From the NCBI GenBank assembly GCA_016186425.1, contig JACPLR010000011.1:13206-77205 (forward strand): a stretch of 64,000 nt of DNA, read 5' to 3'. Origin of the DNA: Candidatus Pacearchaeota archaeon (lineage in GTDB: Archaea > Nanobdellota > Nanobdellia > Pacearchaeales > GW2011-AR1). The position numbers and the translations under genes are program-made. Position 1 is the stretch's first letter; each line of letters starts with the position of its first letter. Shown piece after piece: positions 48,126-57,626 of this stretch. The notes under the pieces were generated by a model that ran no database searches, was not told where the DNA came from, and saw only the letters and a program-made list of their open reading frames with translations.

Positions 48126-51100
48126 ATGAGAATTAGCAAATTTGCTCTTAGTTTAATAGTTGTATTTATCTTTACTTTAGGATTATCTGTAGCTGTTTAC
48201 GCAGTTGACGACTTGATGGCTTTGCAGGGAAATGTGCAACAAAGCGGGGTTAATCTGGCTTCTGGAAACCTGACTGTTTATATTTTTGATGCTTATAGCA
48301 GTGGAAATGTTGTTTATAATTCAACCACTGATTTTTTTAATTCTATTTCAAGCGGAAAATATGATGTAATGCTTGGAAATGGCTCGCAAACATTAAGCCT
48401 TGAATACGGAAGAACATATTTTCTTGAAATGTATGTTAATAATGAGAAGCTAAGCTTTAATGGCTCAACAAGGCAGGTATTCCAGAGTTCTGCAGGCCAG
48501 ATTAATGGCAGTTTTATTAATCCAAACCAGATAAATACAACCCATATTTCTGGAAACATTTCTTTCACACAATTATCTGGATACGAAAATATTGTTTTAA
48601 CAAATAAATCCTCAACATTATCTGATGGCTACAACATTACAACTGGCGCTGGGGGATGGTTTAAAGGGCTGTTTAATTGGATTATAAACTCAACATCATC
48701 CCTTTATTTAAGCTTTAATGGAACAACTTTAAGTTTTAATGAAGCGCAATTAAATTCAACTATTGACTCTAGAGTTAGCTGGGGAGGATATATAATTTCA
48801 TCAGTAAGCAATAACACATTCTCTCAAATAACAAACAATACATTCTCTTTAATAACAAATAACACATTCTCTCAAATAACAAACAATACATTCTCTTTAA
48901 TAACAAATAATACACTCTCTCAAATAACAAATAATACACTCTCTCAAATAACAAATAATACTTTCTCTTTAATAACAAATACAACATTCTCAACTATTGG
49001 TAATAACACAATTTCAACCATAGGAAATTCCACCTTTTCTTTAATTACAAACACAACTATTTCAACAATTGGGAATAATACTTATTTAAAAATTACAGAC
49101 AATAATCTTTATCTTAATTTCACGCCTTCTGGTACAGTTGACTTTAATAGGGGATGGCAGTCTGGAGGGCTGACAATAAGCAACGGAAATATTTTTGCTC
49201 AAACAGGTTATTTTTATAATATAACTTCACTAGCCGTAAATAATCTTAATGTAAATGCGAGCATAATTCCTGGGACTGGATTTGATTCAACATTTGATAT
49301 TGGAAACGTGACTTCTAGATGGAGAGATGCCTTTTTTACAGGTGTTGTTAATGCCTCAACATTCTCGGCAAAATATCTGAATGCAACAACAGAAGCTTAC
49401 ATTAATGGCGCTGCTGTTAGCACTTGGCTTTATAACCAAACAACGCCCGCATCAATAATCGGCAACTCATCTGTAAGTAATCTGATTAACAATACTTTTT
49501 CTCCAATATCTAACAGCACATTTTCATTAATTACTAATACTACCTTTTCAGAAAGAATTAATGCAACTTATCCATTTATTTCAAATTTTTCAATATCAAA
49601 AACAATTAATGAAACTTTATCTGAAAGAGGAAATGCAACTTATGTAAAGTTAGGTTATAATCCATTCAACCAAGACCTTAACACATCAGATTCTGTTATC
49701 TTCCAAAATATAACTTTAACAGGGAATTTGACTCTTAAAAGTTCTTTTATGAATAATACACAAGTAATTTTCATTAACAGTCCTACTAACGGTGAATTAG
49801 TAGATGGATTATATTTAACAAAAACAGCCGATGCAAGCAGGAACTGGATAACTTGGAATCAAGGCGCATCTGGTTTAGCAGATTGGAGAATTGGCATGAC
49901 TAGAAATTCTATAGGAGGTTATTCTTTATCTTTTTATAATGCTAATGGCTCTACGTCAAATGCAACAAATCCTGGATTAGAAGTTTTAAGATTAACTGGT
50001 TATACTCAAGCTGGAAATGTTATTATTCCAAATGGGAGAGTAGGAATAAATATAACCTCTCCAGCAGCTGCTTTAGATGTAAATGGGGGAATTATTGGAG
50101 CAAACATAACTTCAACAGGAAATTTAACTATAAGCGGGAATGCAACATTTTTAGATAGGGTTGGAATAGGAACAGCAAGTCCTGCAGCAACTTTAGATGT
50201 TAATGGAGGAGATATAAGAGTTAATGGAGAAATTGTTACTAATAATTATAGCAGAATAGTTTTAACAAGACCAGACCAATTAGCAAGCGGAAATGTTTTA
50301 AATATAATTAATTATGGGGCAAATCAAAGCGACCAAACAAATTTAGGGATATCAACAACTAATACTACAATGATTTTTACAAATATTGGAAGTCCTGAAC
50401 AGGTTGCTTTTGCAATAGGAACAAGAGGTTCTTCTCCTTTAGTATTTTCTACAAATAATGCAGAAAGAATGAGGATACTTTCTGGAGGGAATGTGGGGAT
50501 AGGAACAACAACTCCTGCAAAAACATTAGAAGTTGCAGGACAAGCTCAAATTAGGTCTACATCTCCTGAATTATATTTTAATGATACAAGTGCAACAGGG
50601 CAAAATTATAGATTATCAATGTTTAATGATGATTTTTTGCTTCAAGATTGGAATGGTGCAAATACAATATTCCAAATGAATAATACCAGAATAGTTTTTA
50701 ATAAAAATGTTGGAATTGGGACAACAACTCCGAAAGCAACTTTAGATGTTAATGGAAATTTAACTATCACTGGGAATTTAACAATTACAAACGGAACAAC
50801 TGATAATGTTATATTCTATGCTAATCCTGTAAATTCAAGAGTTGGAATAGGAACAGTAAGCCCTGCAAATAATTTGAATATTCTTGCGGGGGCTGTTTCA
50901 AATATAGTTAATATATCTTCAAACGGGGCAAATAGAGAAGGAGATATAATATTAGGAAGAACAACAGGATATTTTGTATCATCAACTCCAGGAGGTTTTA
51001 TTTCTACTGCGGATACTTTGTCAATTGTCTCTGCAAACCATATTTCTTTCGGCAATTCAAGTTCTCTTGTTGAATATGCAAGAATTACGGGAGATGGAAA

Positions 51101-51884
51101 ATTCATTGTTTCAGGAACTGTAAATATCACTTCAAATTTAACAATAAGGAATAGTTTTTTTGTTAATGGCTCTAATTTACGATTAGGAATGGTTAATGCG
51201 CCAGATAATAGTGTTGTCCATATAAATGGAAGTGCTATTGGAAATGGAAATGCAATTACCTTAGGAAAGGCAGGACCAGGAAATTGGGGTTTAGATAGCA
51301 CTGGGGCTTTGATAGTTATAATTGGAGGAGATGATGCTGTAGCTCGTGATGCAGGAATTGCATTTAGAGATGAAAGAAGCAATAACATATGGAGCATAAG
51401 AAATGATGTTTCCGAGGGGAGAAAATTAAAAATAGGTTATGGGGGTACTGTAACCGATTTGCTTATTTTAGTTAATACGACAAATCTTGTTGGAATTAAT
51501 GTTCCAGACCCTGCAGCAACCTTAGATGTAAATTCAACTTCAGGATTAGGGGCATTTTTAGTAAGAAATAATTCAAATAATTTATTCTTTATTAATGCCA
51601 CTACAGGTTTTTTGGGAATTGGAACAGCAAATCCAACATCAACATTATATGTTAATTCTTCTTATGGAAACGGAGCATTTCTTGTTCAAAATGATTCAAA
51701 TCCAAATTTATTGTTTGTAAATGGCTCAAGTGGATTTGTTGGGATAGGAACTGTTTCGCCAAGACAGAAGCTTGAAGTAGCCGGCAACGTTAATGTCAGC
51801 AATCATGGAAGCAATATTACATTAGGAAAAGGCCAGATGTACTGGGATAATCCAAACAACAGGCTTGTTATTAGGGTGAGCTAA
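48126..51884 (+). CDS. Giant cell-surface (S-layer/adhesin-like) glycoprotein, 1252 aa, with internal repeats
   Basis: An N-terminal signal/anchor (ISKFALSLIVVFIFTLGLSVAVYA) is followed by dozens of N-x-S/T sequons. There are 14 tandem heptads NNTFSQIT/NNTFSLIT and 8 copies of the motif (R/N)VGIGTxxPxxxL(D/E)V(N/A)G. Confidence 0.8.
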   Translation: MRISKFALSLIVVFIFTLGLSVAVYAVDDLMALQGNVQQSGVNLASGNLTVYIFDAYSSGNVVYNSTTDFFNSISSGKYDVMLGNGSQTLSLEYGRTYFLEMYVNNEKLSFNGSTRQVFQSSAGQINGSFINPNQINTTHISGNISFTQLSGYENIVLTNKSSTLSDGYNITTGAGGWFKGLFNWIINSTSSLYLSFNGTTLSFNEAQLNSTIDSRVSWGGYIISSVSNNTFSQITNNTFSLITNNTFSQITNNTFSLITNNTLSQITNNTLSQITNNTFSLITNTTFSTIGNNTISTIGNSTFSLITNTTISTIGNNTYLKITDNNLYLNFTPSGTVDFNRGWQSGGLTISNGNIFAQTGYFYNITSLAVNNLNVNASIIPGTGFDSTFDIGNVTSRWRDAFFTGVVNASTFSAKYLNATTEAYINGAAVSTWLYNQTTPASIIGNSSVSNLINNTFSPISNSTFSLITNTTFSERINATYPFISNFSISKTINETLSERGNATYVKLGYNPFNQDLNTSDSVIFQNITLTGNLTLKSSFMNNTQVIFINSPTNGELVDGLYLTKTADASRNWITWNQGASGLADWRIGMTRNSIGGYSLSFYNANGSTSNATNPGLEVLRLTGYTQAGNVIIPNGRVGINITSPAAALDVNGGIIGANITSTGNLTISGNATFLDRVGIGTASPAATLDVNGGDIRVNGEIVTNNYSRIVLTRPDQLASGNVLNIINYGANQSDQTNLGISTTNTTMIFTNIGSPEQVAFAIGTRGSSPLVFSTNNAERMRILSGGNVGIGTTTPAKTLEVAGQAQIRSTSPELYFNDTSATGQNYRLSMFNDDFLLQDWNGANTIFQMNNTRIVFNKNVGIGTTTPKATLDVNGNLTITGNLTITNGTTDNVIFYANPVNSRVGIGTVSPANNLNILAGAVSNIVNISSNGANREGDIILGRTTGYFVSSTPGGFISTADTLSIVSANHISFGNSSSLVEYARITGDGKFIVSGTVNITSNLTIRNSFFVNGSNLRLGMVNAPDNSVVHINGSAIGNGNAITLGKAGPGNWGLDSTGALIVIIGGDDAVARDAGIAFRDERSNNIWSIRNDVSEGRKLKIGYGGTVTDLLILVNTTNLVGINVPDPAATLDVNSTSGLGAFLVRNNSNNLFFINATTGFLGIGTANPTSTLYVNSSYGNGAFLVQNDSNPNLLFVNGSSGFVGIGTVSPRQKLEVAGNVNVSNHGSNITLGKGQMYWDNPNNRLVIRVS
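48805..49100 (+). repeat. Tandem 21-bp repeat (~14 copies) within the giant surface protein gene, encoding heptads (I)TNNTFS(Q/L)
   Basis: The unit ATAACAAA(T/C)AA(T/C)ACATTCTCT(C/T)(A/T)A repeats head-to-tail. Diverged copies follow (TNTTFSTIGNNTISTIGNSTFSLI...). Confidence 0.8.
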
Positions 51885-52163
51885 TGATTATTTACAAAAT
51901 AAAAAGGAATTAAAATGTTTTATAAATTAGAACATTTGTTCAAGAAATTAGAACAAGAGAAAGAAAAGATGAAGAAAAATAAAATAATATCAGTTAATAA
52001 GTATAATAAATTAGGCAAAAGTATTTCATGGTTTCAAGATATTATGAATCATTACCATACTAAATTTCTCATTAGAGAGAAATTTAACCTTATTTATTTG
52101 GCTAGTTAAGTTTATTAAATTTATAAAATGGGCGTGAAAAATGGAAAATAAATATGAGAATAT

Positions 52164-52529
52164 TTATTTAATTCGGAATCCAAATAAAGAAAGGATAAAT
52201 AATTTGCCAGAAAATTCTATCGGGCTAATTTCATTAAATAACTTTGAGAGTGATGAAAATATGACCTCAATCCTTGGTGGATGTAGGTCTATAAAAATAA
52301 TTCCTGGATGCTCTTTTGGAGGAAACAGGTTTTTATCTATGAAGTGCTTATCAAAAGTTAATATAACTCTCGATTCGGCTTTTGCTAGGTTCGAAAGAAT
52401 TTTGTCAGTTGCACCTATAGGTATTTTTTTAATGTCAAAACCCTCTTTGATCAACAATTCAGTCAGTCCAACAGGTATATTTTCATCAGAAATAAGCTTT
52501 GGTTTATTGGAAGAGGACATATTTCTCAT
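52164..52529 (-). CDS. DUF5615 (PIN-like) putative toxin, cassette 1
   Basis: KLISDENIPVGLTELLIKEGFDI...ILTFDKHF matches the DUF5615 pattern (M-fLlDENl......L...GhDv...ilT-D-DF). Overlaps the end of the DUF433 gene. Exact start is uncertain (Met at 52550, 52529 or 52520). Confidence 0.6.
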   Translation of the reverse strand: MRNMSSSNKPKLISDENIPVGLTELLIKEGFDIKKIPIGATDKILSNLAKAESRVILTFDKHFIDKNLFPPKEHPGIIFIDLHPPRIEVIFSSLSKLFNEISPIEFSGKLFILSLFGFRIK

Positions 52530-52740
52530 CTTCCACAAGCTTAGAAGCATAGTTCAAGACAGAGAAAATAGCTTCTTTATTGAGTTGCGGGAAATAATTT
52601 TTTATAATCTCCTCAATAGTTATTCCGCTTCCAAGAAGCTCCAATACCTGCCATACCATAATTCTAGTATTCTTGAATACAGGCTTTCCGTGGCATATTT
52701 CACTATCTACAATAATATAATCATTTATTTCAATTCTCAT
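52504..52740 (-). CDS. DUF433 putative antitoxin, cassette 1
   Basis: MRIEINDYIIVDSEICHGKPVFKNTRIMVWQVLELLGSGITIEEIIKNYFPQL closely matches the DUF433 consensus (I--dP-i--GkP-i-GTRI-V--vl--l--G-s-eEI---YP-Lt-e-I-aAL-yA). Confidence 0.75.
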   Translation of the reverse strand: MRIEINDYIIVDSEICHGKPVFKNTRIMVWQVLELLGSGITIEEIIKNYFPQLNKEAIFSVLNYASKLVEDEKYVLFQ

Positions 52741-52900
52741 AAAGCAATTAAGTCAGAAGAAGTATTTAAACTTTCTGAATCTTTACCATATTTTAAGCAT
52801 GATATTAATAATCATCAGCTTTTATATAATGATTTAAAGCATATAAATTATAGAAAATGAAACTTAAAAATAGAATAACTTCAATAGATAAGTATGGCAA
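52741..52900. repeat. Direct repeat copy 1 (~145 bp) immediately upstream of the cassette 1 DUF433 start
   Basis: Nearly identical to 53596..53745 (tcagaagaagtatttaaactttctgaatctttaccatattttaagcatgatattaataatcatcagcttttatataatgatttaaagcatataaattatagaaaatgaaacttaaaaatagaataacttcaatagataagtat). Confidence 0.85.
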
Positions 52901-53018
52901 AAGCATTATAGGATTTCATAATATTTATTTGACTAGTTAAATTAGTGTTTGTTGACTTTATAAAATGAGCGTGAAAAATGGAAAATAAAATTAATGAAAG
53001 AATTAAAACAGAGCAAGA

Positions 53019-53360
53019 TTATAGTATTTTAAACTCTTTATCCGAGATTAAAAGAATAACTCTTCCTTTTAATTCATACTCTGAAAATTTTTTTAATAGG
53101 TTTAATATCGCATTTTTTTGTAGATCAACCTTATTTGGAGGGATTCTTAATAATATTATCCCAAAATGGTGTTCTAAAGAAGAATATGGAGGCTTTGAAA
53201 AATCAGTATCTTGTGAAATAATTATTCTTTCTTTAGTTATTGCTAATTTAAAGACTTCACCATTTTTAATTCCTTTAGGGCAGAATATAACATCATGCCC
53301 TAATTTCTTTAGAAAAGAAAGTAAATTATTATGTGCATTTTCGTCCAATAAAAATCTCAT
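53019..53360 (-). CDS. DUF5615 (PIN-like) putative toxin, cassette 2
   Basis: MRFLLDENAHNNLLSFLKKLGHDVIF...IIISQDTDF...GIILLR matches DUF5615. Its start is 1 nt after the DUF433 stop. Confidence 0.7.
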   Translation of the reverse strand: MRFLLDENAHNNLLSFLKKLGHDVIFCPKGIKNGEVFKLAITKERIIISQDTDFSKPPYSSLEHHFGIILLRIPPNKVDLQKNAILNLLKKFSEYELKGRVILLISDKEFKIL

Positions 53361-53361
53361 T

Positions 53362-53595
53362 TTATACAGCTATAGTGTCAAAACTTCTTTTAGTAAGCTT
53401 GGTAGCAAGATCAAGTGCTGCTTTAATGTGCTCTTTTGTAAGAGAGGGATAGGCCTCAAAGATATCATTTATACTAGCTCCTTCTTCAAGCATTTCAAGA
53501 ACGAGATATACCATTATCCTAGTCCCTTTAAATACAGGTTTTCCATGGCATATTTCACTATCTACAATGATATAGTCATTTATGTCAATTCTCAT
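53362..53595 (-). CDS. DUF433 putative antitoxin, cassette 2
   Basis: MRIDINDYIIVDSEICHGKPVFKGTRIMVYLVLEMLEEGASINDIFEAYPSLTKEHIKAALDLA is canonical DUF433. The first ~30 aa are near-identical to the cassette 1 antitoxin. Confidence 0.8.
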   Translation of the reverse strand: MRIDINDYIIVDSEICHGKPVFKGTRIMVYLVLEMLEEGASINDIFEAYPSLTKEHIKAALDLATKLTKRSFDTIAV

Positions 53596-53750
53596 AAGCT
53601 AATTAAGTTAGAAGAAGTATTTAAACTTTCTGAATCTTTACCATATTTTAAGCATGATATTAATAATCATCAGCTTTTATATAATGATTTAAAGCATATA
53701 AATTATAGAAAATGAAACTTAAAAATAGAATAACTTCAATAGATAAGTAT
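53596..53750. repeat. Direct repeat copy 2 upstream of the cassette 2 DUF433 start
   Basis: See copy 1. This is the shared promoter/5' region of the two TA-like operons. Confidence 0.85.
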
Positions 53751-53763
53751 TTGGCTATGGGCC

Positions 53764-55281
53764 ATGATAACTAATAAGGTGAAATTAAAAATGGAAAATA
53801 AAAAATTTGGATATTTTGAGTATATAAAAAGCAAAAAAATGGTTTTTCTGTATTTAGCAATTATTTTATTAGCCTCTATACTAATTTTTAGGTTATTTGA
53901 CCCAAATAATCCTCTTACAGGAAACTCTGTTAAGATTACAGGAGAGGCAATTAGGCAGGAACAAATTAGTGCTGAAAAAGATAAATTAATTAAAGCGCCA
54001 ATTGAGGTAAAAGAAAAGAGAGATTATACTTCTCAAACTTATAAAAATCCTGATGGCACCTACACAGCAGTAATTGGGGCTAGGCCCCAGTTTTTTTTCA
54101 ATGGAAGCGAGTTTACAGAAATTGAAAAAATTTCTCAGCCAAGAATTGAAAAAAAAGAAATTGTTTTAAATAAAAAACCAACAAATAATATTTTTGATTT
54201 TGGAACTTATAATCTTGCCGAAGGCATTAATGCCAGCATAGACCTTGAAACTCAAGAATTAATTTTAAGGGATGTAAATAATAATATCATGCAGGTTTTG
54301 CCAAGGCCTTTCAGCATTGACAAAAATAATAATACTTTATTTAATAATTATAAAATATCACAAAAAAAGCAAAAGCTGACGATAAGTGTTAATGTTGACA
54401 AAATATGGCTAGATAATGCTGAATATCCGGTTGTAATTGATCCGACAACAATAACAATTTTAACAAATACTTATATGGGAAATGTTTATCCGGTAGGAGG
54501 CATAGGAGGGGGGTATTATAAAAGAAGTTCTAATGGCTCTACTATTGGAGCAGACTGCACTTTTGGAGAGCCAAATACCTGTGAAACCTACAGAACTTTT
54601 ATTGAATTTGATACAACAGCAATACCTGATTCAGCAGATATAAATGACACAATACTTAATATAAGTGTTAGTTCAAGAACATTTTGCTCTGGCGAATCAG
54701 AAATTCATACAAATATAACAAGATTTAATAACTCGCGAATTTCAGACCCAACGAACTATTCCGGAACTAATGCGGGAAATCTGTCTTTATTCAACAATAT
54801 TTCAACAGGATATAAATACCTTGGAAGCTATGCCAGTGATTTAAATTACACCGAAGTTGGCAAAGAATTTACACGAGACCTAGGAACAAAGGCTGATGAA
54901 GATTTAAAATCACAATTAGGAAATAATTTTTTTGCATTAGGAGTTTATACAAACCAAGAAACTTCAACATTAGACTGTATACATACAGTTACTTTTAATG
55001 ACTCTGCAAAAGCTTCTGGATATCCAAAACTTATGGTAAATTACACCTCTGCTGCATGTGTTATACCGCCTAATGGTGATTGGAATTGCAATGCCAGCTG
55101 TATTTTTACAAATGAAAACCTTAAAATTACTGGGGGCGATTTAGTTATTCGTGACCAGTGTAACCTAACCTTGAACGCATCAACTAACCTAACCTTGGCT
55201 TCGCCAGGAAGATATATTTTGGTATATAGTGGGGGGCAAATTTTTATCCATAATGGCTCTGGAATTAACAGGAGAAATTAA
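53764..55281 (+). CDS. Secreted/anchored surface protein (505 aa), N-terminal TM/signal anchor
   Basis: An N-terminal hydrophobic segment (MVFLYLAIILLASILIF) is followed by an N-x-S/T-rich, Cys-containing ectodomain. No family recognised. Confidence 0.55.
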   Translation: MITNKVKLKMENKKFGYFEYIKSKKMVFLYLAIILLASILIFRLFDPNNPLTGNSVKITGEAIRQEQISAEKDKLIKAPIEVKEKRDYTSQTYKNPDGTYTAVIGARPQFFFNGSEFTEIEKISQPRIEKKEIVLNKKPTNNIFDFGTYNLAEGINASIDLETQELILRDVNNNIMQVLPRPFSIDKNNNTLFNNYKISQKKQKLTISVNVDKIWLDNAEYPVVIDPTTITILTNTYMGNVYPVGGIGGGYYKRSSNGSTIGADCTFGEPNTCETYRTFIEFDTTAIPDSADINDTILNISVSSRTFCSGESEIHTNITRFNNSRISDPTNYSGTNAGNLSLFNNISTGYKYLGSYASDLNYTEVGKEFTRDLGTKADEDLKSQLGNNFFALGVYTNQETSTLDCIHTVTFNDSAKASGYPKLMVNYTSAACVIPPNGDWNCNASCIFTNENLKITGGDLVIRDQCNLTLNASTNLTLASPGRYILVYSGGQIFIHNGSGINRRN

Positions 55282-55400
55282 TATATTTTATGAACTTTGC
55301 AAATACAAAATTATAAGTAAAAATAAAAGATAATTGATATTATCCTATAAATATTAGAGAAATTAAAAGAGGTAATTTAAAATTAGCAGTTAAGTATAAA

Positions 55401-55482
55401 AAATCAGGCAAAAATATTGCAATATTATCTAAGATTTTTGAAAATATACAATAAATAAATTTTTCTCCAAGAAAAATTTAAC
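55401..55482 (+). repeat. A-type repeat copy (leader variant; loop variant tccaag)
   Basis: aaatcaggcaaaaatattgcaatattatctaagatttttgaaaatatacaataaataaatttttctccaagaaaaatttaac. Confidence 0.75.
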
Positions 55483-55825
55483 ATTATTTGATACTATTAA
55501 TTAAGTTACAGCTAAATTTATAATATATAATTTATAGCATCTTAGAGTATAAGGTATTAATCTTTATAATTTATGTATTTTGATCAGTAATTGGCATAAT
55601 TTATGCATTATTTAGATAAATACTTATCACTTAATCTGTTATTATATTAATTTATCTAATCTTTAATTGTCCTTTATTATATTCATTGCCCTAATTTGAT
55701 TAATATGCTATAAAAAACATCTCTTGCAATTACTACTTTTTAATTGCCATTATTCTTGCTTAATTGTTATTACTAAAAACTAAGGCTTAGGAAAAATTTA
55801 TAAATCTTAGTCTTTTAAGAATTAT

Positions 55826-57337
55826 ATGCAATCAGCAAGGTCTGAAGATAATAGTAGTAAGTATGCTCAAGATAGCAATAATGTAAATAATAGTGAAAGT
55901 GATAGAGGCCTCTATGGGTTTTATTCTGGCTTAAAAGATTTTGGAAAAAGCCTGGGGAAAAAAGCACTTAGAACAGGGCTTGTTTCTTTAGTAGGATTAA
56001 CAGCTTATTTTTCTGGGATTTTACCAATGGGAAAAGCATACGCTCTTCCAAGTCCTCCAGCCGGGCTTACAACAATTAATGCCCAGTTAATGGATAAAGC
56101 AACTTTTGATAGTAAATACCCAAATCCAAATGATGCTCCAGCTTATACTTATTTTGATGATCCTGCTAATCCTTATCGTGATGCACAGGGCAATCTTATA
56201 AATACTCCTTTAGATACTGCTTTAGAGGATTTTAAAGCACTTACACAAGCAAATCCTGATACATATTTAATTGATTTTCATATTTCAGATAACAGAAGAT
56301 ATTTTTCTCATAGGGACTTGCATGATCTAAATTATGACATGGAAATTTATGGAGATGGAAAAGATTATACCATAATTGAGGTATCATTGCAGGCTCTTAA
56401 GTTTCTAGGAATTAGGGATATAAGCGGAGGAACAGGCACTACTGGTATTGGTTTTGTTGTATATCCTCTGGATTCAAGCGGATATATGGTAAATAGCCAT
56501 AGTGAAGAAACAATTAACATTGATCAGTCAGCTAATATTGAAATTATTAACAATATACTTACAAACCGCAGCACTGATGCAACAATAATCGTATCAGGTC
56601 CTCTTGCAAAATCAGGAATAGTTAATTCTATTCTTAATTATAATGATATATCGGCAACTTTAGGATTTCAGTTGCAAAGGGCTGCTGTTGTTGATATGGG
56701 AACAAGTGGAAAATTTGGTAACAATAATGTTAACTGCACTACTGCAATATATGGTTCTCCAACATTTAACGGAGAGGTTATTGCAGTTGGTGATGCTTGG
56801 GTTGGAACAGTTGCAAAATCTATAAAGGGCTCTACAAGAATGGAAAAAACGCAAGGTTACTTGACGAATGTTAATGATATTTTTGCTCAAAAAGTTGACA
56901 ATGACGGGGGCGGAACAATAACTATTTCAAGCCCTTTAGGTTATAATCCTGTAGTAGTTGATACTGACAATGAAGGATTAACAGATGGTTTTGAAGCAAC
57001 AATTGGCACAAATCCTACTCTGGCTGACACAGACGGAGACCATATCAGCGATTATGCAGAACATACTCTTGGAAGCAATCCTCTTAACCCTGCAGATGTT
57101 CCGTTAATATCTCCTGATGTCTGGGTTGATTTTGCTTATCCTTATACAGATGGCATTGGCACAAGCAATAATCCATTTCCAACAGCCCTTGAGGGAATTA
57201 TTAGCGTTTTCCCATTTGGAACAGTTAAAATAAAGGGAAATACTGGAGATAATTCAACTGCAGAAGCTTTACGCATTACAAAACCAATGAGAATTGAGGC
57301 AGTTAATGGTGGTGTAAGAATTGGGGCAAACAATTAA
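55826..57337 (+). CDS. Secreted surface protein (503 aa) with thrombospondin-type-3-like Ca-binding repeats
   Basis: The hydrophobic segment LVSLVGLTAYFSGILPMGKAYA acts as signal/anchor. A later DTDNEGLTDGFEATIGTNPTLADTDGDHISDYAEHTLGSNPLNPAD region has the DxDxDG-x-x-D/E pattern of TSP3-like calcium-binding repeats. Confidence 0.55.
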   Translation: MQSARSEDNSSKYAQDSNNVNNSESDRGLYGFYSGLKDFGKSLGKKALRTGLVSLVGLTAYFSGILPMGKAYALPSPPAGLTTINAQLMDKATFDSKYPNPNDAPAYTYFDDPANPYRDAQGNLINTPLDTALEDFKALTQANPDTYLIDFHISDNRRYFSHRDLHDLNYDMEIYGDGKDYTIIEVSLQALKFLGIRDISGGTGTTGIGFVVYPLDSSGYMVNSHSEETINIDQSANIEIINNILTNRSTDATIIVSGPLAKSGIVNSILNYNDISATLGFQLQRAAVVDMGTSGKFGNNNVNCTTAIYGSPTFNGEVIAVGDAWVGTVAKSIKGSTRMEKTQGYLTNVNDIFAQKVDNDGGGTITISSPLGYNPVVVDTDNEGLTDGFEATIGTNPTLADTDGDHISDYAEHTLGSNPLNPADVPLISPDVWVDFAYPYTDGIGTSNNPFPTALEGIISVFPFGTVKIKGNTGDNSTAEALRITKPMRIEAVNGGVRIGANN

Positions 57338-57490
57338 GTTGATACTAGAATTATTTCTTAAATAAGCAGTTAAATATTGTTTTTTTTAAAAACAGAGAGG
57401 TTTAAATATTGTTTTTTCTTAAAAAAATTATGGATATTGAAAAGGTATTTGAAGAATGGAATGCTTATGCAGAAAAGAGGGAACTTATAG

Positions 57491-57560
57491 AGAGAAATTT
57501 AAAATGATTTATAGTTGTTTAAATTAAATTCTTTAACATTAATGAAGTGATTTTAACTCG
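57491..57560 (+). repeat. C-type repeat (~70 bp), second copy at 63768..63838
   Basis: agagaaatttaaaatgatttatagttgtttaaattaaattctttaacattaatgaagtgattttaact versus agaagagatttaaaatgatttatagctgtttaaattaaactctttaacattaataaagcgattctaact. Confidence 0.7.
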
Positions 57561-57587
57561 ATATATTTTAATTATTTTGGTTAAGCC

Positions 57588-57626
57588 ATGATTCAGGACA
57601 AAATAAGAAAAACTATTCACTGAAAT
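57588..57626 (+). pseudogene. Duplicated 5' fragment of the DUF357 gene (ATGATTCAGGACAAAATAAGAAAAAC... then stop)
   Basis: atgattcaggacaaaataagaaaaactattcactga mirrors the real start at 57858 (atgattcaagacaaaataacaaaagaaaaac) ~270 bp downstream. Confidence 0.4.

Noticed and set aside
51915-52109. 64-aa ORF downstream of the giant surface protein
   Set aside because: It runs through a hairpin-2-like repeat module (aaatttctcattagagagaaatttaacc). It has no features of a real protein.
52141-52860. 239-aa plus-strand ORF (and its twin 52978..53715) with identical C-termini
   Set aside because: Both are antisense to well-recognisable DUF433/DUF5615 genes. Their shared C-terminus is just the translation of the duplicated promoter segment. 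Composition is random-like (S/L/F/N/I)..
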